From an uncultured Candidatus Saccharibacteria bacterium (GTDB lineage: Bacteria > Patescibacteriota > Minisyncoccia > Phycocordibacterales > DSPV01), in NCBI GenBank assembly GCA_964617735.1, contig CAZTXT010000001.1:331589-395588 (forward strand): a stretch of 64,000 nucleotides of DNA, given 5' to 3'. Both the position numbers and the translations under genes were made by a program. Below, in pieces: positions 18,556-27,591 of the stretch. Position 1 is the stretch's first letter; each line of letters opens with the position of its first letter. The notes below the pieces were generated by a model. It ran no database searches. It saw only the letters and a program-made list of their open reading frames with translations, and was not told the origin of the DNA.

Positions 18556-21267
18556 ATGTCGCCGACAATCTTTATCAGCAAGCGCGATGGCACGAAGGAG
18601 CTCTTTAACGCTGACAAGATCAACCGCTCCATCGAGCGTGCCTGCGCAGGACTCTCCGATCCGGTCGCGATGGTGACGCAAGTTGCCACCGACACGCGTC
18701 TTACTCTCTATGATGGCATTACTACCGAGGAAATGGACAAAGCGACCATCAATGCGGCCGTACAAAACATAAAAGATGACATAGAATATGACAAAGTAGC
18801 TACCCGCCTCTTCCTCAAGACGATCTACCGACGGGTGATCGGGGAATACGATCTCGATGATCCTGCTGACCTTGCGAAAAAGCATCGCGCCGCATTCATT
18901 CGTTACATCCGCGACGGCGTTGCCAACCATCGTCTGCATGCATACATGGTGACGAAGTACGACCTCGAGCGGCTCGCGGATGCGCTGATGCTTGACCGCG
19001 ATGATCTGTTCCTCTACTCGGGAGTGGACACCCTGATGAATCGCTATGCGATCAAAGATGAGAACCAGCAGCCGACCGAGACGCCGCAGTTTCTGTTCAT
19101 GCGTATCGCGATGGGGCTCTCTTATCACGAAGCCGATCCGACTGCGCAGGCGATCCGCTTCTATGACAAGATGTCCAAGCATGAATATATCGCCGGCGGT
19201 TCGACGAATGTCGCAGCGGGCACGATGCGTCCGGCGCTCTCCAACTGTTTTCTACTTGAGATTCACGATGACATGGATCACATCGCGAAGTCGGTATCCG
19301 ACATCATGCTTCTCTCCAAGGGTTCGGGCGGCATCGGTGCATCATTAACCAAATTGCGCGCGGCCGGCTCTCCCCTGAAGTCGAATTTTGGTGGTGCGTC
19401 CACTGGACCTACTCCATTCGCGAAGATCATCGACACCGCGATACGCGCGATCCAGCGCGGCGGCAAGAAAAAAGGCGCGCTCTGTTTTTACATGGAGAAC
19501 TGGCACCTGGATTTTCCTGAATTCATTGATTGGAAGCACAATGCGGGCGATGACTACATGCGCATGCGCACCGCGAATACCGCCGTGTTCCTCTCCGATG
19601 AGTTTATGAAGCGCGTCGTGGGTGGGCAAGACTGGTATATGTTCGATCCGGCCGAAGCAGGTGAACTCAACGAGCTTTACGGCTCGGCGTTTTCCGAGAA
19701 ATACAAGGAGTATGTTGCGAAAGCGGAGCGCGGCGAACTGCGTGTGTACAAAAAAGCGCCGGCCCGGGAGCAATTCCGGCAGATTCTGGTTTCTCTGCAG
19801 TCAACGTCGCATCCGTGGCTGACGTGGAAGGACCCCATGAACCTCCGGGCGCTCAACAATAACACCGGTACGATCCATATGTCGAATCTCTGCACCGAGA
19901 TCTGTTTGCCGCAAGACAGAAACAACGTTGCCGTTTGTAACTTGATCTCAATAAACCTTGCTAAGCATGTCTACAATCGTGAGATGAACTGGGCGAAGCT
20001 CGAAGAATCGGTACGACTTTCCGTGCGGCAACTCGATAACCTGATCGACATCAACCAACTCGCGATCCCCGAAGCACGCCGTTCGGATTCCGAGAATCGC
20101 GCGATCGGGCTCGGGGTGATGGGATTTTCGGATACAATCGAGCAGTTCGGTATGAGCTACGACAGCACGCATGCGCACGATTTTGCCGACCGGATTTTTG
20201 AATTCATCAGCTACATGGCGATCGACGAGAGCGCGAACCTCGCCCGCGAGCGCGGTGCGTACAAGAATTTCCCCGGCTCACGCTGGTCCTTGGGCATGGT
20301 ACCGTTCGACACTATCCAAGTTCTTGAAGATGACCGCGCCCGTCCCGTAACCGTATCGCGGGAGAGCAAACACAAAGGACTCAACTGGGATCTGCTTCGT
20401 GCGAAAGTGAAGTCAGGTATCCGCAACGCAACCCTGATGGCGGTGGCACCGAACGCGAACATCGGACTGGTCGCCGGCACGACGCCGGGCATCGATCCGC
20501 GGTTTGCACAGGTCTTCTCGCGCAACAAAATCTCCGGCAAGTACATCGATATCAACCATAATCTTGTCAAAGATCTTAAAAATATGGGACTGTGGGACAA
20601 GGTGAGGCACGCGATCATCGAAAGTCAAGGAGACATATCGTTGATCGAGGGAATCCCCGAGCACATCAAGGGAATGTACAAAACATCGTTCACAACCTCG
20701 CCGTATGCATTTATCGAAGTTGCCGCACGTGCACAGAAATGGGTTGATCAAGGGCTCTCGCGCAATATGTACCTTGAGACGCGTGACATCGACGAGACGA
20801 TGCAAATTTACACGGCCGCGTGGGAGAAAGGCGTCAAGACTACCTATTACTTACACATGAAGCCACGCCATACCGCCGAGCAGAGTACCGTGCGTGTCAA
20901 CAAAGCAGAGAAGATCGGCAAGATCGGTTTCGGAGCCGTTGCGGCGAAGATGGCTGAACGGAAGCTCGGCTTCGCAGCGCCTTTACAAAAGTCCCTTGAA
21001 ATAGAGACGCCGGTTGAAATCCCGGTCGCTAAGCCTGCGTCTCTCCCACAGGCGGTAAAAATCGAGGAAGTGATCTCGGTAGCGGTTCCAGTTGCGGCGG
21101 CTGCGCCAGCTATAGAGGCAGTTCCGGTGACCGTTCAGCCGCGCCCGAAGCTTACGCCAGAGCAGGTTCAGGAGTTATTGAAAGATTTTGGGAAGAAACC
21201 GATACACAATCCTGGAGATGGTCCGGTGGATCCGGGGGCAGACAATATTTGCATCGGTTGCGAATGA
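18556..21267 (+). CDS. nrdA: Ribonucleotide reductase class I alpha subunit NrdA with ATP-cone and a roughly 110-aa A/P/V-rich C-terminal extension
   Basis: ATP-cone 'ISKRDGTKELFNADKINRSIERA' and catalytic 'NLCTEI'. Followed by nrdB. Confidence 0.9.
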   Translation: MSPTIFISKRDGTKELFNADKINRSIERACAGLSDPVAMVTQVATDTRLTLYDGITTEEMDKATINAAVQNIKDDIEYDKVATRLFLKTIYRRVIGEYDLDDPADLAKKHRAAFIRYIRDGVANHRLHAYMVTKYDLERLADALMLDRDDLFLYSGVDTLMNRYAIKDENQQPTETPQFLFMRIAMGLSYHEADPTAQAIRFYDKMSKHEYIAGGSTNVAAGTMRPALSNCFLLEIHDDMDHIAKSVSDIMLLSKGSGGIGASLTKLRAAGSPLKSNFGGASTGPTPFAKIIDTAIRAIQRGGKKKGALCFYMENWHLDFPEFIDWKHNAGDDYMRMRTANTAVFLSDEFMKRVVGGQDWYMFDPAEAGELNELYGSAFSEKYKEYVAKAERGELRVYKKAPAREQFRQILVSLQSTSHPWLTWKDPMNLRALNNNTGTIHMSNLCTEICLPQDRNNVAVCNLISINLAKHVYNREMNWAKLEESVRLSVRQLDNLIDINQLAIPEARRSDSENRAIGLGVMGFSDTIEQFGMSYDSTHAHDFADRIFEFISYMAIDESANLARERGAYKNFPGSRWSLGMVPFDTIQVLEDDRARPVTVSRESKHKGLNWDLLRAKVKSGIRNATLMAVAPNANIGLVAGTTPGIDPRFAQVFSRNKISGKYIDINHNLVKDLKNMGLWDKVRHAIIESQGDISLIEGIPEHIKGMYKTSFTTSPYAFIEVAARAQKWVDQGLSRNMYLETRDIDETMQIYTAAWEKGVKTTYYLHMKPRHTAEQSTVRVNKAEKIGKIGFGAVAAKMAERKLGFAAPLQKSLEIETPVEIPVAKPASLPQAVKIEEVISVAVPVAAAAPAIEAVPVTVQPRPKLTPEQVQELLKDFGKKPIHNPGDGPVDPGADNICIGCE

Positions 21268-21272
21268 GGCTC

Positions 21273-21401
21273 GGGAGGTTATTTTGAAAGACCGGAAAAA
21301 TCCCCCAGCGGGGATTTTTCCTAATCCGCTCGGCTCGCTCTCAGGTGCCCAGGATAGGGCACCTGAACCGGCCTCCTCGCCGTCTTTCAAAATAACCTCC
21401 C
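21273..21401 (+). repeat. 129-bp structured inverted-repeat element with embedded intrinsic terminator (copy 1)
   Basis: Terminal inverted repeat 'gggaggttattttgaaagaccgg' / 'ccgtctttcaaaataacctccc'. Inner hairpins 'gaaaaatcccc-cagc-ggggatttttc' and 'caggtgccc-aggata-gggcacctg'. A second copy lies at 51427-51548. Confidence 0.75.
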
Positions 21402-21598
21402 TCGCTTTGAGGGTTTATACAAGTAATTTGTGCGCGTTTTTCAATTGCGACGGTTAAGTAAAGATGCTACTATTTCAATCACTATGAAAGTTCAGAAGTT
21501 ACTGGAGATGCTTTCTGAGCGGAATAATAATTTTATCTTTTATAGCCTCTTTGTTTTCTCGGTCATAATTTATTACTCCTAATTCTTAACCCATTCCC

Positions 21599-22603
21599 AT
21601 GCTCATCGGGAAAGCATCGCCGGAGGATATGAACCTTCACCCACTGCGCTACAAGTGGGCGTATGATTTGTACAATCAGGCCGTGAGGAACACGTGGTTC
21701 CCGCATGAGATCGCACTCAAGGAAGATTTAGACGATTGGCAGAAGATGACCGAAGACGAGCGGCATGCAGTCAAATTTACGATGGCGTTCTTCAATCCGG
21801 CGGAGCTGATCGTCAATCGCTCAATAGCTCTCGGCATCTATCCGTACCTCAAGTCGCCCGAGTGCCATCTCTACCTTGCCAAACAGATGTGGGAGGAGGC
21901 GAACCACTGCGTCGCATTCGAGTATGTGCTCGAGACGTTCCCCTTTGATCGCGAGAAGATCTTCACTTTGCACCTCGAAGTTCCCTCGATGCACAAGAAA
22001 GAAGAATATGTCACGCGCTACACCAAGCGCATGACGGAGGAAAACTTGGATATTACAACGACCGAAGGCAAAAAAGATTTTATCCGAAACCTGGTGGCCA
22101 CTAACATTGTGATGGAAGGTGTCTGGTTCTATTCGGGTTTCATGGTCTCGCTTAGCTTTCGCCAGAGAAATCAATTGCGCAACTTTGGCTCCATGATCAA
22201 CTGGGTACTGCGCGACGAGTCTTTACATCTGAAGTTCGGCATTAACCTCATCCACAATATCTTGGAAGAGAACTCTGACCTCTTGACCGAGGAATTTGCC
22301 GACGAGATACGCACTATCATCATTGAAGGGGTTGATTTGGACACCGCGTACAACCGTGACCTCTTTCCGAATGGCATCCTCGGTCTCAACGCTGACTATG
22401 TCAATCAATACGTCCAATATGTCGCCGACCGCCGGCTTGAAGAGCTAGGGCTCCCCAAGCACTACAATGTCACTAACCCCGCCAAGTGGATGTCCGCTGC
22501 GACCGATGTCTTTGAACTCGTCAATTTCTTTGAAGCGCAAAACACGTCGTACGAAGTGGATTCTCACGCGCACGAGACGAAGAAGAAAGAAGAAGCAAAA
22601 TAA
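21599..22603 (+). CDS. nrdB: Ribonucleotide reductase class I beta subunit NrdB
   Basis: Diiron ferritin-like motifs 'EEANHCVAFEY', 'EGVWFYSGF' and 'DESLHLKFG'. Confidence 0.9.
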   Translation: MLIGKASPEDMNLHPLRYKWAYDLYNQAVRNTWFPHEIALKEDLDDWQKMTEDERHAVKFTMAFFNPAELIVNRSIALGIYPYLKSPECHLYLAKQMWEEANHCVAFEYVLETFPFDREKIFTLHLEVPSMHKKEEYVTRYTKRMTEENLDITTTEGKKDFIRNLVATNIVMEGVWFYSGFMVSLSFRQRNQLRNFGSMINWVLRDESLHLKFGINLIHNILEENSDLLTEEFADEIRTIIIEGVDLDTAYNRDLFPNGILGLNADYVNQYVQYVADRRLEELGLPKHYNVTNPAKWMSAATDVFELVNFFEAQNTSYEVDSHAHETKKKEEAK

Positions 22604-22656
22604 AGACACCCCGACTCTAAGCGAGTCAGGGTGAGTGTAGAAGCAGAAGACTCTTT

Positions 22657-23469
22657 TTATTTTTCTCGGTTCAGTTCTTCCACCAGGGTTGCAGCCTTTC
22701 GGTGTTTTAGTTTGTCATGTTGTCGCCTGTATATATCGATTAACAGTCTTTTTGCTGATGCTCGAGCATCATTTGAGAGCCTTCTTCTACCTACAAAAAG
22801 ACATTTGCCAGTCATTGCTGCACCATAGCCATAGCGAACAGAACTTTCGCCTCTAAATGCTAGGGGTTCCTCAAGCCGGACAGAGAGGGTGTCATCCCAA
22901 GCTGAGACGATGCGTCCTTTGAGGATAATCGACCCAAAATTTGTTTGGATCGGTATATTAGAGTTTCTCTCGAACTCTTCGTCTTTTCTACGTTTTTTAT
23001 CCTCCTTTGCGATGTAACCTTTGACTCGATTTTTCACATAGGTGAGTACAGCTTTTTTGCTACGCTGGACTATGTTGGCTGGCACTATCCCCTTGAGAGA
23101 ATAGATATAATGCGCTCTGGAATCAGGCACTGGTATATCTTCGTTGTATTTGAATGTCACTTTTCCACCCTTACGTTCAAACTCAATGTCTTCCCCAAAA
23201 GCTCCCCATATCGGGATATTAAGTTCTATTCTCAGTTTTTCGATCTCTTCGCTGCTTGGACTTTGGTGTGGCCATTCAGCCCGCTGAACCATAATCGATG
23301 TTTTCAGTTCAACAAGGCGTCTGACGCATGTCTCATCAGCCATAATCTCTGTGAAGGAGAAACCGTCAGTCTCAAAATTGCGTTCTGAGAGAACTGTGTC
23401 TTTTCCGAACAGTTTTTCGACTTCAAACCGTTTGTCAATCGATGGGAACCGAATTTTTATGAGTCTCAT
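22657..23469 (-). CDS. Hypothetical protein (270 aa), lower-GC
   Basis: Long ORF with no recognised motif. Composition differs from the core genes. Confidence 0.45.
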   Translation of the reverse strand: MRLIKIRFPSIDKRFEVEKLFGKDTVLSERNFETDGFSFTEIMADETCVRRLVELKTSIMVQRAEWPHQSPSSEEIEKLRIELNIPIWGAFGEDIEFERKGGKVTFKYNEDIPVPDSRAHYIYSLKGIVPANIVQRSKKAVLTYVKNRVKGYIAKEDKKRRKDEEFERNSNIPIQTNFGSIILKGRIVSAWDDTLSVRLEEPLAFRGESSVRYGYGAAMTGKCLFVGRRRLSNDARASAKRLLIDIYRRQHDKLKHRKAATLVEELNREK

Positions 23470-23764
23470 TATTTTCCTTTCAACGAACTAAAAACACTCC
23501 CGAGAGGGGAGTACATCAAGTAGGTTTCCGAACAAACGAAAAATAGTTTCGTTGTATCTTTTCCGCCGGAGGCGGACTGGAATTGGCACTTCATTCGCCC
23601 TAGGGCGGACAAGTTGCCGATGGAGATTGGGCCAGAGCCCTTAACACTCCATACTCTTGATACACTGTGTTTGCTGGTGGGTAGTCTATACAAGGTCATG
23701 TATTTTGTCAAATTAAGAAAAGAAAAGCCCAGCTGGTTGAACCGGTTGGGCTTTTTGAGTTTCG

Positions 23765-24466
23765 TTAGAGTTTTCCTTTCCATGGAACGAAAGCTTGGTC
23801 AACCAAGGTGAGCCTTGAATAATTATTCACCGCCATACCTTGGTAAATAGTGACTGAAGCATTTTCGAAAACTCCCTCTTGGTATCGTCGAAGCACTTCT
23901 TCAATTGAGAGGTGGTGTACTAGTCGTTGAAAAAGATTCAGCCAATGACCATGTACTACTATTAGTACATTTTGGTCGCCATAGTCACGGTTCAGGGTCC
24001 CCATGAAGCTGTGGATGCGAAGTTCGATGTCGGGCCAATTTTCTCCTCCGAGCGGTCGGTAATGGTAGAGTCCTTCGCGTTCTCTACGTTCTAATTCTTC
24101 AGGAAACCGAGTTCGAATCTGTTCAAGTGTCATCGTATGGAAGATTCCACGCTGGCCTTCTGCAAGGCGGGGGTCTTCATACGTTTTCACTTCTGGATAC
24201 ATGATTTGCATTGTTTCTTTTGAACGTTCGTAATACGAAACGTAATAGGCGTCAAAAGAACCGAATGTATTGTGTAAATATTCCCCGGTGATCTTTGCTT
24301 GTTCTCGTCCACGGGACGTGAGAGGATAGGCATATGTTGCCATCCCAAATTGTGCACGCTCATCAACCCCGCGAACATTTCCCTCAGATTCTGCGTGTCT
24401 AACCAAAACTAACTGTGTAGGCCAAGCCATAACTACCTTTCTGTTAAAGTTCAAATTTATTTGCAT
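23765..24466 (-). CDS. Histidine phosphatase family protein (phosphoglycerate mutase-like)
   Basis: 'LVLVRHAESEGN' RHG motif near the N-terminus. Confidence 0.7.
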   Translation of the reverse strand: MQINLNFNRKVVMAWPTQLVLVRHAESEGNVRGVDERAQFGMATYAYPLTSRGREQAKITGEYLHNTFGSFDAYYVSYYERSKETMQIMYPEVKTYEDPRLAEGQRGIFHTMTLEQIRTRFPEELERREREGLYHYRPLGGENWPDIELRIHSFMGTLNRDYGDQNVLIVVHGHWLNLFQRLVHHLSIEEVLRRYQEGVFENASVTIYQGMAVNNYSRLTLVDQAFVPWKGKL

Positions 24467-24520
24467 ACTACTTGAGTGGCATTTGATGTCAAATGAAAAA
24501 CTCCGCCTTTGGGGCGGAGT

Positions 24521-24987
24521 CTCTCATGTCTACCTTGCGTCTATAAGCCGAATTCTGTCGTTCAATCTTGCGATTGAACGGATAGCCATTTATCTAGGCA
24601 CTCCATTACTGAAGAGCTCAAGCGGCACTCCCCATGAACACTTCCATGTTGGGGCTCGACCTTGCAGCTGGGTAAGGATTTAGCCGTTTCACTTCTTCTG
24701 TTGCCAAAAGAACTCGCCCCATGAAGTAGACTTTCGTCACTTAACGGGGCGGTCATTCGCTTTCGCTCATGACCGTCTCTGTTCGCACCTCGCACTTTGC
24801 AGTGGACGGGCGTTACCCGCTACCTTCTTAACCGAGCACCTTTCAAGTCATCTTAATCATCTTGATCAACACGACCTAAAAGGTGCTCGGTAGCAGTTCG
24901 GACTTTCCTCCGAGCACCTTTCAAGTCATCTTAATCATCTTGATCAACACGACCTAAGAGGTGCTCGGCGGCTACCCGACGCAGGGC
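24521..24987 (-). ncRNA. rnpB: RNase P RNA (bacterial type A) carrying a duplicated 59-nt P3-like hairpin module
   Basis: On the minus strand: 'GGAGGAAAGTCCGAAC' (P4 5'), 'GGTAACGCC', 'GCTTGAGC', 'CCTAGATAAATGGCT', 'ACGACAGAATTCGGCTTATAG' (P4 3'). A terminator hairpin plus T-run sits at 24496-24519. A sigma70-like promoter (TTGCAG-17-TACAAT) sits at 24994-25022 on the minus strand. Confidence 0.75.
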
Positions 24988-24993
24988 AGGGGA

Positions 24994-25022
24994 ATTGTAC
25001 AACATTTGTTTTGCGTCTGCAA
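24994..25022 (-). promoter_or_regulatory. Sigma70-like promoter for rnpB (-35 TTGCAG, 17-nt spacer, -10 TACAAT)
   Basis: Read on the minus strand. The -10 lies about 7 nt upstream of the predicted RNase P RNA 5' end. Confidence 0.45.
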
Positions 25023-25114
25023 TGCTTCATGAACTGTGAGAAAGTCATTGAAAGCGAAGCAGAGCTAGTATATACTTTCCGAAAGCGTAATTAACAGCCT
25101 CTCGTTATTTTGTT

Positions 25115-27571
25115 ATGGAAAAAATCAAAGTGAGGATAGAGGAGTCGATGGACAGCGTGTCACGTCTCGAGAATATCGCCTATTACATCTTGTTAGTGGC
25201 CGCATTTTTGTTGCCTATCTTCTTTATCCCCTCGGCGTCGTTCCCGTTCCAGTTTAGTAAAATAGTCTTTGTATCGTTAACGGTGCTGGTCTCCTTCGCC
25301 CTCTGGCTCATCGCGCGTCTCAAAGACGGCAAGTATCTTCTGCCCAACAATTCAGCATTCATAGCGGCAGGTCTCGTGATACTGGCGGTACTACTCTCGA
25401 CTCTGACCTCTCCCGCCTTGAGCGTTTCCTTCATCGGCCAAGGTTTTGAGATTGGCACATGGACCAATGTCGTTATTCTGTTCCTAGTGATGTTCCTTTT
25501 TTCGGCGCTGTTTAGGCCCAAGGAGCGCGTATTCTATCTCTATCTTTCTCTCTTTGCCTCGTCGTTCCTCATCGTCGTGTTCCATGCCCTGCGTTTCGTG
25601 TTCGGTCCGCAGTTTTTGAGCTTTGGGATCTTTACCGACATCACCTCGAATCTTATCGGGAAATGGAATGACCTCGGTATCTTCTTTGGGCTTGTCGCGT
25701 TGCTCTCGCTCATCACGCTCGAGCTCATGGAGTTCAATCAGATCTTCAAGGTGCTTCTCTGGATCGTCTTTGTACTCTCGGTCATCTCGTTGATCATCGT
25801 GAACTTCCCGACGCTCTGGTATGTGCTTGCGGCGCTGTGCCTCTTTTATTTCGTATACGCGTATGCCTTCAAAAGGGATTTCTCGGCGGTTTCTTCCGCT
25901 GGAACAGTCGAGGAAGAGATGTCGTCGATGCAGGATGCAGGAACCTCAAGCCCCGTCCGCAGGTGGCGCGGCAGTATCCTCGCGCTTATCCTTATCGTCA
26001 TCTCGGTAGCACTGTTGACTGATTACTATACTCCGAGCCGGAATTTCGCCAATTGGGTATCGGGTAAATTCAACATCGCGCAGCTTGAGGTCCGTCCGAA
26101 CTGGACTTCAACGACGAAGGTCGCTATTGCGACACTTAAGAGCGATCCAGTGTTCGGTTCTGGTCCGAATCGCTTCGTCAATGAATGGCTGATGAACAAA
26201 CCCGAAGGCATCAATCAGAGCATCTTTTGGAACACCGATTTCTCGTTCGGCATCGGCTATCTCCCGACCCAACTTATCTCAAGCGGGATCGTTGGTTTCC
26301 TTGCGTGGCTCGCTTTTATCCTCTCGATCGTCTATTTGGGAGTGAAGAATCTGCTCACGCCGATCACCGACCGCTTGCACCGCTATCTCTCGGTCTCTTC
26401 CTTCTTCGCATCGCTTTTCTTGTGGACTTTCTTTATCTTCTATATACCGAGCGCGGTAATCCTGACGCTGACGTTTCTGTTCACGGGAGTTTTTATCGCT
26501 TCGCTCTATAACGAGCGTCTGCTGCGCGCAAAGACCATTTCGTTCACGGATGAATCGAGAGTCGGCTTTGTCTCCGCGCTCGTGCTAACGGCCTTTTTGG
26601 TAGGCGTCGTCGCACTCTCGTACGGTTTTGGAAGAAAATTCGTCGCGTCAGCCTATTTCCAAGGAGCAGGCATCGCGTTCAACAATGAAGGCAATGCGGA
26701 TAAGGCCGAAACCCTGGCCGTCAAGGCAGCCAGTCTTTCGAAGAACGATCTGTATGATCGATTCTTAGCTGTGCTCACGCTCAATAAGATCAACACCTTG
26801 CTCTCCAATCCTCCCACGGGTGTTTCCGCCGATCAGATCCGTTCTGATTTCCAGTCGCTGATGGGTAAGGCACTCAATTATGCGCGCGCCGCAACCGAGC
26901 TCGACAAGACCAACTATCAGGATTGGGTTTCCCTCGGCCGAGTGTACGAAGCGGTAGTACCCCTCAATATCCAGGGGGCGTATGAAAGCGCAAAGACTGC
27001 CTATGACCAAGCGTCCCTTCTTAATCCGCACAGTCCGGAGATCGAACTTATTAAGGCCCGGCTCGAGCTTGCACGCAATGACCGCACCAAGGCAAAGGAG
27101 CATATCGATGCCGCTCTTAAGATGAAGAATAACTATACCGAAGCGATCTTCCTGCTCTCGCAGATCCAGGCTGCTGACGGAAAGGTGAAAGATGCGATCG
27201 CTTCAGTTGAATCTGCAGCGGTCCTTGCGCCGAATGATCCGACGGTATTCTTCCAACTCGGTCTCTTGAAGTACAATGCCCACGATTATCGCGGCTCGGT
27301 ACAGGCACTCGAGCGCGCGGTCTTTCTTGCCCCATCGTATTCGAACGCTAAATATTTCTTGGGCCTTGGCTATTATCAGATCGGGAAGACGAGCAACGCG
27401 CTCACGCAGTTCAACGATATACTCACCTTAAATCCGGGCAATGCGGATATTCCGGTCATCATAAAGAATATCCAGAATGGGCGTGATCCTTTTAGCACGC
27501 TGAAAGATTCTGAAAAGCCTGACAAACGCGAGACTCTGCCGGTCGAGGAGAAACCGGTGAAGGACGAATAG
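25115..27571 (+). CDS. O-antigen ligase-like polytopic membrane protein with C-terminal TPR repeats
   Basis: About 12 TM segments followed by TPR-like repeats ('...AHDYRGSVQALERAVFLAPSYSNAKYFLGLGYYQIGK...'). Confidence 0.6.
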   Translation: MEKIKVRIEESMDSVSRLENIAYYILLVAAFLLPIFFIPSASFPFQFSKIVFVSLTVLVSFALWLIARLKDGKYLLPNNSAFIAAGLVILAVLLSTLTSPALSVSFIGQGFEIGTWTNVVILFLVMFLFSALFRPKERVFYLYLSLFASSFLIVVFHALRFVFGPQFLSFGIFTDITSNLIGKWNDLGIFFGLVALLSLITLELMEFNQIFKVLLWIVFVLSVISLIIVNFPTLWYVLAALCLFYFVYAYAFKRDFSAVSSAGTVEEEMSSMQDAGTSSPVRRWRGSILALILIVISVALLTDYYTPSRNFANWVSGKFNIAQLEVRPNWTSTTKVAIATLKSDPVFGSGPNRFVNEWLMNKPEGINQSIFWNTDFSFGIGYLPTQLISSGIVGFLAWLAFILSIVYLGVKNLLTPITDRLHRYLSVSSFFASLFLWTFFIFYIPSAVILTLTFLFTGVFIASLYNERLLRAKTISFTDESRVGFVSALVLTAFLVGVVALSYGFGRKFVASAYFQGAGIAFNNEGNADKAETLAVKAASLSKNDLYDRFLAVLTLNKINTLLSNPPTGVSADQIRSDFQSLMGKALNYARAATELDKTNYQDWVSLGRVYEAVVPLNIQGAYESAKTAYDQASLLNPHSPEIELIKARLELARNDRTKAKEHIDAALKMKNNYTEAIFLLSQIQAADGKVKDAIASVESAAVLAPNDPTVFFQLGLLKYNAHDYRGSVQALERAVFLAPSYSNAKYFLGLGYYQIGKTSNALTQFNDILTLNPGNADIPVIIKNIQNGRDPFSTLKDSEKPDKRETLPVEEKPVKDE

Positions 27572-27591
27572 CTCATGACCGGCGGATTGTA

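Noticed and set aside
18469-19182. 237-aa minus-strand ORF
   Set aside because: It is antisense to nrdA.
24832-24968. Tandem 59-bp direct repeats considered as a minimal CRISPR array or regulatory tandem repeat
   Set aside because: There are only two copies and each is an internal palindrome. The intervening 19 nt is the RNase P RNA P4 strand. Flanking sequence carries conserved RNase P motifs, so the repeats are part of rnpB.
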